Shown: positions 18,936 to 26,963 of the stretch, one piece after another | Position numbering within the stretch: the first letter of the stretch is position 1 | Layout: each line of letters begins with the position of its first letter | Assembly (NCBI GenBank): GCA_050012475.1 | Contig: JBEKHC010000036.1 | Span: forward strand, 1 to 44,664 | Direction: 5' to 3' | From: Candidatus Velthaea sp. | Lineage (GTDB): Bacteria; Vulcanimicrobiota; Vulcanimicrobiia; Vulcanimicrobiales; Vulcanimicrobiaceae | DNA: 44,664 nucleotides | The notes under the pieces: model-generated | Told to the model about the DNA's origin: nothing | The model's database searches: none | The model's input: only the letters and a program-made list of their open reading frames with translations | Program-made: the position numbers and the translations under genes

Positions 18936-20159
18936 TTAGGGAACGATGCGGCCGATGCAACCCGCGTATCCCGGCGGGGCGGCACCGGGTTCGGTGAACC
19001 ACAGATTGCGATCGGCTCCAACTGCAATGCTTTTTGGCTGCGCTCCCGCAGCGATATCGCCGGAGAATTCCGTCACTGCGCCGTCAGTCGTGATCCGGCC
19101 GATGCGGCCAAACCGGGTGCTTCCATTCTCAGTGAACCAAAGATTGTCATCCGGGCCAGTGGTGATGCCGTCGAGCGGGCCAGTGGTGATGCCGGAAAAT
19201 GCGGTGACCGCTCCCGTGATGGTGATCCGCCCGATCGTGTTCGTGCTGATGCCGTTTTCAGTAAACCAAAGGTTCCCGTCCGGGCCAGCTGCGATGGCAC
19301 TGGGACCTCCGGGGTAAACACCCGTCGGAATGCCGGTAGAGAACTCGGTCAGCGCTCCCGCGGTAGTGATCCGGCCGATGCTATTGGTACCTGTTTCGGT
19401 AAACCACAGGTTGCCGTCCGGGCCGGCGGCGATTCCATACGGCCCAACAGGCAAGGTGAACAAGTTGGAAAATTCGGTCACCGCGCCTGCAGTCGTGATC
19501 CGACCGATTGCGCCGAGGCCTCCGTTCGTTCGCGTTCCCAACTCGGTGAACCAGAGGTTGCCATCAGGACCCGACGCGATGAACTCCGGCATGCCGCTAA
19601 TGCCGGCAGAGAATTCGGTCACTACGCCCGCGGTCGTGATCCGGCCGATCCGGTGAACTCCTTGTTCGGTGAACCAAAGGTTGCCGTCCGGCCCAGCCGT
19701 GATTCCAACGGATAGAGCACCTGGAGAGATGCCGGCGGAGAATTCCGTTACGATGCCCGCGGTCGTGATTCGGCCGATTCGATTACCCGATATTTCGGTG
19801 AACCAGAGGTTTCCGTCAGGGCCAGCCGCGATGCCGGAGGGCCCACCCGGCAGGGTGATGCCGGTGCAGAATTGGATCATGCTGCCAGGTGAGGCTATTG
19901 GCGTTGGCTGGGTCACGGGCGCTGGACTTGAAGTCGCCGTTGGCATGGTGCTTGGATGTGGCGTGGGCGTAGCGCCGTTGTGCGGCGTCGGCGTAGCGAT
20001 CGGTGTGGTGCTCGGGCGTGGGGTAGGGACGCGCGTTGGCGTCGCACTGGGGACGGCTTCCGGGGTGCCCGGAAGGTTCGACCCACCGCTTTTGCCTGGG
20101 CCGCAGGCGGCAAGAGTAGTGACCAAGGCGACCAAAATTGAGACAGCAATGATGCGCAT
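18936..20159 (-). CDS. Lipoprotein with PT-rich linker and 7-bladed Vgb/streptogramin-lyase-like beta-propeller
   Basis: Lipobox LAAC; seven 'GPDGNLWFTE...IGRIT' repeats. Confidence 0.85.
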   Translation of the reverse strand: MRIIAVSILVALVTTLAACGPGKSGGSNLPGTPEAVPSATPTRVPTPRPSTTPIATPTPHNGATPTPHPSTMPTATSSPAPVTQPTPIASPGSMIQFCTGITLPGGPSGIAAGPDGNLWFTEISGNRIGRITTAGIVTEFSAGISPGALSVGITAGPDGNLWFTEQGVHRIGRITTAGVVTEFSAGISGMPEFIASGPDGNLWFTELGTRTNGGLGAIGRITTAGAVTEFSNLFTLPVGPYGIAAGPDGNLWFTETGTNSIGRITTAGALTEFSTGIPTGVYPGGPSAIAAGPDGNLWFTENGISTNTIGRITITGAVTAFSGITTGPLDGITTGPDDNLWFTENGSTRFGRIGRITTDGAVTEFSGDIAAGAQPKSIAVGADRNLWFTEPGAAPPGYAGCIGRIVP

Positions 20160-20455
20160 GTGCCGCTCCGTAAAAAAGTCCGTCAACGAGGGTTGGTGCC
20201 GGCGAGCGCAAAGCGAGAGGGCGTTCTTCGCTAAGGAGAGCTCCCCTAATCCGTGAAAGCTTTCGGCGGATGGTTTTTTTGTCGGCGCAACGGCCTACTA
20301 CACGGTAAATTCTTCTACATCGTTATTTTATCGCAGCCGGAGTTGTGCCCTCGAATGTCAAGCCGTTCGTTCAAACCGCGCGCGTTGAATTGAGCGGATT
20401 AAAGACGTCCCGCGCACTCGCAATTTTAGAGCTGCCGCCTGAACCCTTCTTTGGC

Positions 20456-22201
20456 TCAAAACGCGTCACGTGAGTAGTTCAAATGTTCACCGGCTTGCTG
20501 CGACTTGCGATCTTCGGCGGCGCGCTCCATCCGTTCGGGCGCGCTTACGCCGCACAAGGTGAGCGTCTGCGCGAGCACGGTTTGCGCCGCGATCGCCAGC
20601 GCGAGTCGAGCCGCGGCGAGGCCGCGATCCGCGCCGACGACCGGCAACACCGGCGACTTGTCGTAGAACGCGTGGAAGTCGGCCGCGATGTCGCGTGCGT
20701 ATTTGGGCAGCCGATGGGTGGCCCGGGCGCGCGCGGCACCGTCGACTACGCTGCCGAATTCGGCGAGCCGGCGCATGAGCGCCACTTCGGTTTCGCCGTC
20801 GAGCCGCTCGAGCGGTGCGCCCGGACCAGCCTCGGCGACCAGCGACGCATCGCGCTCGCGAGCACGCCGGATCAGTGACGCGATGCGCGCATGACCGTAC
20901 TGCACGTAGAACACGGGATTCTCGTTGGACTGCTCTTTCGCCAATTCCAAATCGAACGTCAGCGGCTGATCCGTCGAGAGCATAATGAAGAAGAAGCGGG
21001 CGGCGTCGACGCCGACGTCGTCGAGAATCTCTTCGAGCGTCACGATGTTGCCGGCCCGCTTGGACATCGAGATGATCTCGTCGCCGCGCTTGAGGGTAAT
21101 CTGTTGCGCCAAGATGACTTCGATTGCGCCGCTGCGCCCGTAGGCATCGGCGAGCGCGTTGAGCCGGGCGATGTAGCCGTGATGGTCGGGTCCGAGAATG
21201 TCGATCACGCGATCGGCGCGCTCCAGCTTGTCGTAGTGGTAGGCCACGTCGGCGGCATAATACGTGGGCCGGCCGTCGGCGCGGACGACGACGCGGTCTT
21301 CGTCATCGCCGCTCGCGGTCGTCCGCGCCCATAGGGCGCCGTCCTTTTCATAGGTCACGCCGAGTTCGGCCAGCCGCTCGATGCCCCGTTCGATCGTTCC
21401 GGCGTCGTGCAGGCTCTTCTCGCTCTGCCAGTGGTCGAACGCCGCGCCGAAACGCGCGGCGACGGCTTGCTGCTGGCGCACGTTCGCATCACGGGCAAAA
21501 ACGGAAAAATACGGCAGCCAATCGCTCTCGGGTGCGTCCAGCCAACGTTCGCCGTCCTGCGCCCGCAGGGTTCGGGCAATCGTCTCGAGGTAGGCGCCCG
21601 GATAGCCGTCGTCCGGAAACGGAAACGCCGGATCCCACAGTTGGCGATAGCGCGCGTACAGTGAACGTCCGAGGGTGTCGAGCTGTGCCCCGGCGTCATT
21701 GATGATCCACTCGGTGTACACGTCGTACCCGGCGAAGCGCAGCGTCTTGGCCAGCGTGTCGCCGACCGAAAGCGTCCGTCCTTGGACCACGACGAGCGGA
21801 CCGGTGGGATTCGCGCTGCCGAATTCGAGCGAGATGCGTTCGTTGCGGGCCGGCCCGCGACCGTAATGGGCTCCGGTTTGCAGAATCTCGCGCACCGTCC
21901 GCTGCCAGAACTCCGGCACAAGCCGCAGATTGATGAAGCCGGCTGTGGGCGTCGATTCGGCGATCGTTGCGCGCACGCGCGGATCGACGAGTGCGCGCTG
22001 CGCGATCGCCCCGGCGATGACCGCGGGCGCCAGACGCGCGGTTTTCGCCAGCCCGAAGGCGACGTTGGTGGCGATGTCGCCGAATTCCGGACGGCGCGGC
22101 GCCTCGAAGGTGACTGCCGGCGGCGTCGGGAGCCCGTAGAGTTCGCCGGCCGCGCGCGAAAAGTGCCCGGCGAGTTCCGCGAGTGACAGCAAATCAATCA
22201 A
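20456..22201 (-). CDS. argS: Arginine--tRNA ligase
   Basis: FGDIATN, SANPTGP, GPDHHGY, SMSKRAG, NPVFYVQYGHARI, GVSAPERM. The HIGH motif is degenerate (VVVQ). Confidence 0.95.
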   Translation of the reverse strand: MIDLLSLAELAGHFSRAAGELYGLPTPPAVTFEAPRRPEFGDIATNVAFGLAKTARLAPAVIAGAIAQRALVDPRVRATIAESTPTAGFINLRLVPEFWQRTVREILQTGAHYGRGPARNERISLEFGSANPTGPLVVVQGRTLSVGDTLAKTLRFAGYDVYTEWIINDAGAQLDTLGRSLYARYRQLWDPAFPFPDDGYPGAYLETIARTLRAQDGERWLDAPESDWLPYFSVFARDANVRQQQAVAARFGAAFDHWQSEKSLHDAGTIERGIERLAELGVTYEKDGALWARTTASGDDEDRVVVRADGRPTYYAADVAYHYDKLERADRVIDILGPDHHGYIARLNALADAYGRSGAIEVILAQQITLKRGDEIISMSKRAGNIVTLEEILDDVGVDAARFFFIMLSTDQPLTFDLELAKEQSNENPVFYVQYGHARIASLIRRARERDASLVAEAGPGAPLERLDGETEVALMRRLAEFGSVVDGAARARATHRLPKYARDIAADFHAFYDKSPVLPVVGADRGLAAARLALAIAAQTVLAQTLTLCGVSAPERMERAAEDRKSQQAGEHLNYSRDAF

Positions 22202-22659
22202 TGGTGGTACGGCTCATTGCGGGCGATCTTCGTCGCGCGGTACAGTTGCTCCAGCACGAGGATCCGGGCCCACTCGTGCAGCAGCGTCAGCCGCGACAGC
22301 GACCAGCACAGATTGGCGCGCGCCACGAGCTCGGGCGCAGCACCATACGTCCCCGCGATCACGAACGTCAGCCGTGAAACGCCGTTCACGGTCAGCCCCT
22401 CCACCCGTTCGGCCAGCTCGACGCTGCTCAGTTCGGTCCCGGCGCGCTCGAGCAGCCAGACCTGATCGCCCGGCGCGATACCCCGCAGGATCGCGGACGC
22501 CTCCAGCGCCATGACGACCGCCGGGCGTTCGCCGTCGGCCGCGCGCACTTCGAGCTCTTCGATGCGGTGATAGGGCGCGAGCCGGCGGCGGAAATCCTTC
22601 GCCGCGGCGGCCAGATACGGCTCGCGCAGCCGGCCGACGGCGACGATGCGGATATGCAC
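22198..22659 (-). CDS. rlmH: 23S rRNA (pseudouridine1915-N3)-methyltransferase
   Basis: IVAVGRL, LSSVELA, SLSRLTLLH, LEQLYRA..I....PYH. Confidence 0.95.
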   Translation of the reverse strand: MHIRIVAVGRLREPYLAAAAKDFRRRLAPYHRIEELEVRAADGERPAVVMALEASAILRGIAPGDQVWLLERAGTELSSVELAERVEGLTVNGVSRLTFVIAGTYGAAPELVARANLCWSLSRLTLLHEWARILVLEQLYRATKIARNEPYHH

Positions 22660-22717
22660 CCTGTCCGCTTCGCGAGTCGTCGCCGAAGTCGTGTCCTGCC
22701 GGCGAAACGCGGCAGGC

Positions 22718-23590
22718 TCAAGGCGGCAGCCGCAGCAGCGCATCGCTGCTTTCGATGACGATGCCCGCGCTCAGCAGCTCGCCGACGCACGCGAGTACGG
22801 CGCCCGGCGCTGCGGCGTCGGCCAGCAGCGCATCGATGCCGGCCGGTTCACGGGCCAGCCGCCCGACGATCCGGCGGCCCAGTTCGGTTCCGGCGTCGGG
22901 CGGTTCGGACGTGGGCTCGGCCCGACCCGGGGACATGTTGAGTTCGGCGAGGACGTCGCGCGCATCGCGCACCAGGGTCGCGCCGTCGCGGATGAGAGCG
23001 AGACAGCCGGCAACCTTGGGCCGGTCGACGTCGCCGGGGAAGGCCATGACGGGAATTGCGCGGTCGGCCGCCCACGACGCCGTGTTGAGTGCGCCGCTGC
23101 GCCCGGCGGCCTCGACCACCACGAGTGCATCTGCCAGAGCCGCCACGATCCCGTTGCGGGCAAGAAACTGAAATGGCCGGGCCGGGACGTCGGGCGCATA
23201 GGGCGACACGACCGCCCCGCCGCCGGCGACGATGCGGGCGGCGAGTTCACGATTCCGAGCCGGAAAGAAGTGGTCGTGGCCGCCGCCAAGCACGCCGATC
23301 GTCGGCGCTCCGGCCGCAAGGCTTCCTTCGTGCGCCGCCCCGTCAATGCCGAGCGCTAGTCCCGAGATCACACAGATCCCCGCGCGGCCGAGCTCGGCGG
23401 CCAGCCGGTGGGCGAGTCGCCGGCCGTTTTCGCTGGGGGCGCGGGTGCCCACGATCGCGACCGTGGGCGCGGCTAAAGCGTCGATGGCGCCGGCCACGTA
23501 CAAGCCTTCAAACCGGGCGTTCGTCAGCCGTTGGGCGCAGAGCGCGTCGAGTTCAGAGCGAGGGACGAAGCGGCGGCTTGTACCTGTCAC
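22718..23590 (-). CDS. dprA: DNA-processing protein DprA
   Basis: VAIVGTR, ISGLALGIDGAAH, RNGIVAAL, VVEAAGRSGALNTA, LIRDGA. Confidence 0.95.
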   Translation of the reverse strand: MTGTSRRFVPRSELDALCAQRLTNARFEGLYVAGAIDALAAPTVAIVGTRAPSENGRRLAHRLAAELGRAGICVISGLALGIDGAAHEGSLAAGAPTIGVLGGGHDHFFPARNRELAARIVAGGGAVVSPYAPDVPARPFQFLARNGIVAALADALVVVEAAGRSGALNTASWAADRAIPVMAFPGDVDRPKVAGCLALIRDGATLVRDARDVLAELNMSPGRAEPTSEPPDAGTELGRRIVGRLAREPAGIDALLADAAAPGAVLACVGELLSAGIVIESSDALLRLPP

Positions 23591-23625
23591 GCCCGCCGAT
23601 CACGCACGGCTCCCTCGTGACAAGC

Positions 23626-23652
23626 ACAGGAAAGGCGCTCCCGCGTGGGAAT
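23626..23652 (+). promoter_or_regulatory. Possible SigH(Spo0H)-type promoter of the DUF5679 gene
   Basis: AGGA-N17-GAAT (ACAGGAAAG...TGGGAAT), followed by a GC hairpin with a UUCG loop and an SD. Confidence 0.35.
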
Positions 23653-23722
23653 ACGGGGTGGCGATTGCGGCCGCCCGCCTTCGGGCGCACTACCCAAGCG
23701 GTCCAAAGGGAGAACGAGACGA

Positions 23723-23875
23723 ATGGCAGCCCCTCAAGCATACTGTGTCAAGTGCAAGACAAAGCGCGAGATGAAAGACGCAACGCAAATCACGATGAAA
23801 AACGGCCGTCCGGCGACCGAGGGTAAGTGCCCCGAATGCGGCACAAAAATGTTCAAGATCGGTGCATCGTCATAG
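23723..23875 (+). CDS. DUF5679 small zinc-ribbon protein (50 aa)
   Basis: AYCVKCKTKREM...MKNGRPATEGKCPECGTKMFKIG; SD AAGGGAG. Confidence 0.85.
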   Translation: MAAPQAYCVKCKTKREMKDATQITMKNGRPATEGKCPECGTKMFKIGASS

Positions 23876-23897
23876 CAGACTGCATCGCCGACTGGTA

Positions 23898-23932
23898 AAG
23901 AGCTCGCCGGCAGCGGCGGGCTTCTTGTTTTT
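23898..23932 (+). terminator. Intrinsic terminator after the DUF5679 gene
   Basis: AAGAGCTCGCCG-GCAG-CGGCGGGCTTCTT followed by GTTTTT. Confidence 0.7.
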
Positions 23933-23959
23933 GGCCTAGTGTCCTATACTGGTCTCGTG

Positions 23960-23975
23960 CCACTATATGTTGTGG
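23960..23975. promoter_or_regulatory. NrdR box upstream of nrdR
   Basis: CCACTATATGTTGTGG fits acaCwAtATaTwGtg and lies just downstream of a TATACT -10 element (23945-23950). Confidence 0.75.
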
Positions 23976-23994
23976 ATTGCAGCGGGGCCGGTTC

Positions 23995-24441
23995 GTGATC
24001 TGTCCGACGTGCCGGAAGAGCGAGACACGAGTCGTCGATAGCCGGGATGACGAGAGCGTCGTTCGCCGCCGGCGCGAGTGTCTCGCCTGCAAACATCGAT
24101 TCACCACCTACGAGCGCATCGAGGCGCCGCGGCTGTTCGTGGTCAAGAAGGACGGCCGGCGCGAGCAGTATGCGCGCGACAAAATCCTGACTGGCCTTCG
24201 CCGCGCGTGCGAAAAGCGTCCGGTATCCGATGCGCAGCTGGAGGACCTCGTCGCGGGGCTGGAGCGCGAACTGTTCGCGCGCGGCGAAAACGAAGTCCCA
24301 GCCTCGCTCGTCGGCGAGAAGCTCATGGAAGCGCTCAAGGCGATCGATCCGGTCGCCTACATTCGTTTTGCCAGCGTCTATCGCTCGTTCCGCGACGTCG
24401 AGAGTTTTCAAGCCGAATTGGCCGAGCTGCTCGCAAAGTAG
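23995..24441 (+). CDS. nrdR: Transcriptional repressor NrdR
   Basis: CPTC..RVVDSR..RRRRECLAC..RFTTYE, ATP-cone VVKKDGRRE, VAYIRFASVY. Confidence 0.97.
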   Translation: MICPTCRKSETRVVDSRDDESVVRRRRECLACKHRFTTYERIEAPRLFVVKKDGRREQYARDKILTGLRRACEKRPVSDAQLEDLVAGLERELFARGENEVPASLVGEKLMEALKAIDPVAYIRFASVYRSFRDVESFQAELAELLAK

Positions 24442-24500
24442 GCCGAAGGGGGCTCGCCCCGTCGGCCCGGGCGGATTCGAGCGGCGGTTGGGCGCCGTCG

Positions 24501-24560
24501 GTAAACCTTTACACGGGGTGCGTTGATTTCGGCCGCGCTTTCGGGCATAACGCATGTGAC
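24501..24560 (+). promoter_or_regulatory. Duplicated promoter, copy 1 (AAACCTTTACA box, TTGATT-17-CATAAC)
   Basis: Same elements and spacing as 24993-25052. Confidence 0.65.
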
Positions 24561-24875
24561 ATGTCACCTCGCACGAGTCAGGTTGCTGTTGAGTTAGCGG
24601 TTGATATGTATCGGCGTTGGCTTGGCCTGCCGGCGCGCCAACTGATGTTGCAGTCGAGCGAAACGCCTGCGACCTATCGCTGGATTTGGCCGTGCGGGTG
24701 CCGTTTCGATTTCATCGACGACCAGCGTGCGATCGTGCACGAATTACTACCGTGCGCGGGCCACGTGGGCATTGCGCGCCACGTCTATCGTCAGGAACGG
24801 TGCGCGCGAGTTCTTTCGCAGTTGCGGGAATTCCATCGGCCGCCGGCCGGCTCGCCCTTGGATCTCGCCCGTTGA
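24561..24875 (+). CDS. Hypothetical 104-aa protein with WxWxCGC...CxxH motif (paralog 1)
   Basis: MSPRTSQVAVELA...RWIWPCGCRFD...PCAGH aligns with 25091-25312. Confidence 0.7.
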   Translation: MSPRTSQVAVELAVDMYRRWLGLPARQLMLQSSETPATYRWIWPCGCRFDFIDDQRAIVHELLPCAGHVGIARHVYRQERCARVLSQLREFHRPPAGSPLDLAR

Positions 24876-24992
24876 ATGAAACGCCGTCAACACTGGTGCG
24901 GAGCTCGTTGGACGAAAGGATGGTTGGTCACGAGAAGTGACGCGAAGAAATAGCGAACGCAAGTTACTATTCTCAATTTTGATGGGTTCCCG

Positions 24993-25052
24993 CAAACCTT
25001 TACATGCAGTGCGTTGATTCGACCGAGACGGCCGCGCATAAATTAGTCTGAC
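24993..25052 (+). promoter_or_regulatory. Duplicated promoter, copy 2 (AAACCTTTACA box, TTGATT-17-CATAAA)
   Basis: Matches copy 1. Confidence 0.65.
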
Positions 25053-25090
25053 ATGCCACTGTACCCCAAGCTGTTCGACGCGTCGCTCGA

Positions 25091-25312
25091 ATGAAACGCC
25101 TAACGAACCACATTGCATTGGCGATCGCTTCCGAAAAATTTGGCCGGACACTTGGGCCGCCGGCGCGCCACTTCGTGTTGCAATGCAGCGGCGAACCGTC
25201 GGTTTTCCGCTGGCTGTGGATGTGCGGCTGCAGTTTCGACGTGGTCGACGATGCCGAAACGTCCGTTCACTGGCAGCATTGTGCGAATCACACGTCCGTC
25301 AACGGCGCCTGA
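25091..25312 (+). CDS. Hypothetical 73-aa protein with WxWxCGC...CxxH motif (paralog 2)
   Basis: MKRLTNHIALAIA...RWLWMCGCSFD...HCANH. Confidence 0.7.
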   Translation: MKRLTNHIALAIASEKFGRTLGPPARHFVLQCSGEPSVFRWLWMCGCSFDVVDDAETSVHWQHCANHTSVNGA

Positions 25313-25530
25313 CTTTGGGACGGTTCGGAGCGGTTCACCCGTTTCGGTCGAAGCGCTCGAGATCGACCGCTCTTTCGTTCGCGGCGGTCGCGACGAGATC
25401 GCGAAGACTGAAGTGTCAATGCGGTATTTGCGCCGGGCCGACACCGCGGTCTCGCGGTGATCGCCGAGGGCATCGACACCCAGGAAGGTCGGTTGCGCGC
25501 GCTCCGATGCACCTACGCGCAGGGCTGCCA
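25311..25530 (+). pseudogene. EAL (c-di-GMP phosphodiesterase) domain remnant
   Basis: DFGT..., LEIDRSFV, then after a frameshift LAVIAEGIDTQE...LRCTYAQG. Confidence 0.75.
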
Positions 25531-25752
25531 TAATGCCGCGCCGCTTGCGCGCACGCCGCGGGCGCGCCTCCTGGTGAAAGCGCAAGTCGCACGGCCGTCG
25601 AGCGTGACCCGACGGCTCGGAGTTTAAAATCCGCGATTTGGTCAGCTGCACATCTTCCGGCTGCGACATGTTGAGGGCTTGACCGCAGCTACTCCGATTG
25701 TCAACCACGCGTTATGGGGCACACCTACGGAGGAGTTGAGTCACGCGAAGGT

Positions 25753-26505
25753 ATGAATTCCAGTACCATGGCGGAGAAAGCCAGATTCCACGACTTTGGG
25801 ACCCCTGGCGCCGATCGACGTCAATATTTGCGTCTTCCGCTAACATTTCCGATGTGGTGGCTGTCCGGCGAGATTGGCGGCGTCGAGGGGATCGCCATTG
25901 AAATATCAGCTGGCGGAATTCAATTCCTCATGAAGCGAAAGCTTCCAAAACGCGAATGCTCGATTGCGTTCCAAATCAACGATCGAAAGATGTGGGCAAA
26001 GGTCGGCATCGTTCGGTCGATGCAGGAGCTGCATGACAATCAGTACTGGAATTGTTATGGGGCGATTTTCGAGGAGCTGCTCGAGAGTGATTTTGACTTT
26101 ATCGTTGTCTTGAGCTATGCCGGAACAAAACCGCATTCCGAAGCCGGACGGGACAGTTCGCCTGAGGCGCCGCCGGGAGAAGAGCCGCCGGCCGAGTCGG
26201 TGGTATCGATAAGCAGGCTGCGATCGAGCGCGGGGCTGTTGCCCGACGCAGTTCGCGAACAGATCGTGCAGATGCTCGTCGTCATGGATCGCTTGGAAGA
26301 GGTCGACAATATATACTTTGCACCGATTGCGATACACTATATAGGATTACATCCATCGGAAGAAGCCGATGTTCTTTACCACCGATTCGCCGTTCGTTCA
26401 AGAAAAGATACGGCCGATGGTCGAGTGGTTTATAACACGCAGTTTCTGATCAGTGACGACGCCCTAGACATTCGCCTCTACGAAGAGTTTCCCATCGATC
26501 CCTGA
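25753..26505 (+). CDS. PilZ-domain protein with uncharacterised C-terminal domain
   Basis: DRRQYLRLP (RxxxR) and EISAGG (D/NxSxxG-like). AT-richer codon usage than the core genes. Start uncertain (25714/25753/25768). Confidence 0.75.
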   Translation: MNSSTMAEKARFHDFGTPGADRRQYLRLPLTFPMWWLSGEIGGVEGIAIEISAGGIQFLMKRKLPKRECSIAFQINDRKMWAKVGIVRSMQELHDNQYWNCYGAIFEELLESDFDFIVVLSYAGTKPHSEAGRDSSPEAPPGEEPPAESVVSISRLRSSAGLLPDAVREQIVQMLVVMDRLEEVDNIYFAPIAIHYIGLHPSEEADVLYHRFAVRSRKDTADGRVVYNTQFLISDDALDIRLYEEFPIDP

Positions 26506-26589
26506 CGACAATCGTATCGAGAATAGCGGCGGGTGCTGCACTCGTGCCGAAGCTCGATATCTTCCGCGCCTCGCTGTTTACGAGCAGAG

Positions 26590-26890
26590 GTTGACGACGC
26601 TGTGGCTCGGGCTGTCGGATCGGGCACCATAAGCGGCGCAGTCGTCAGGATGTCATTGACCAGCACGTCGAGTTCGAGCCCACCGTAGGATATGTGTAAA
26701 GCTTTGCCAGCGACACCTTCGATGTGATGGACACGTGCCCAGCCGCAACGGCGCGCCCTCGACCTTCTTGGCTCGCGGGCTAAACGCGGACGGAACCTTT
26801 GCACGGCTCGCGCGAACGTCCGAGTTTGACGGCGACGAACGACGAAGTGTTTCGCGCTTCCTGAGCTCTTTGACTGCTGCAACCGGCATG
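26590..26890 (-). pseudogene. Possible highly decayed short-chain dehydrogenase remnant
   Basis: Fragments 'YGGLELDVLVND' and 'SVVNLCS' in different frames resemble SDR motifs. Confidence 0.25.
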
Positions 26891-26963
26891 GCAGACCGAT
26901 AATTAAAACAGGCGTCTTCATTTCGCCCCGGTCTCCCTCACGTCGTCGCTACAACGAGGTTTC

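Noticed and set aside
18936..20159. Streptogramin B resistance gene vgb
   Set aside because: Only the repeat fold matches; it is a lipoprotein with a stalk, unlike the cytoplasmic lyases.
22198..22260. SCCmec-like integration at the rlmH 3' end
   Set aside because: rlmH overlaps argS directly; there is no insertion.
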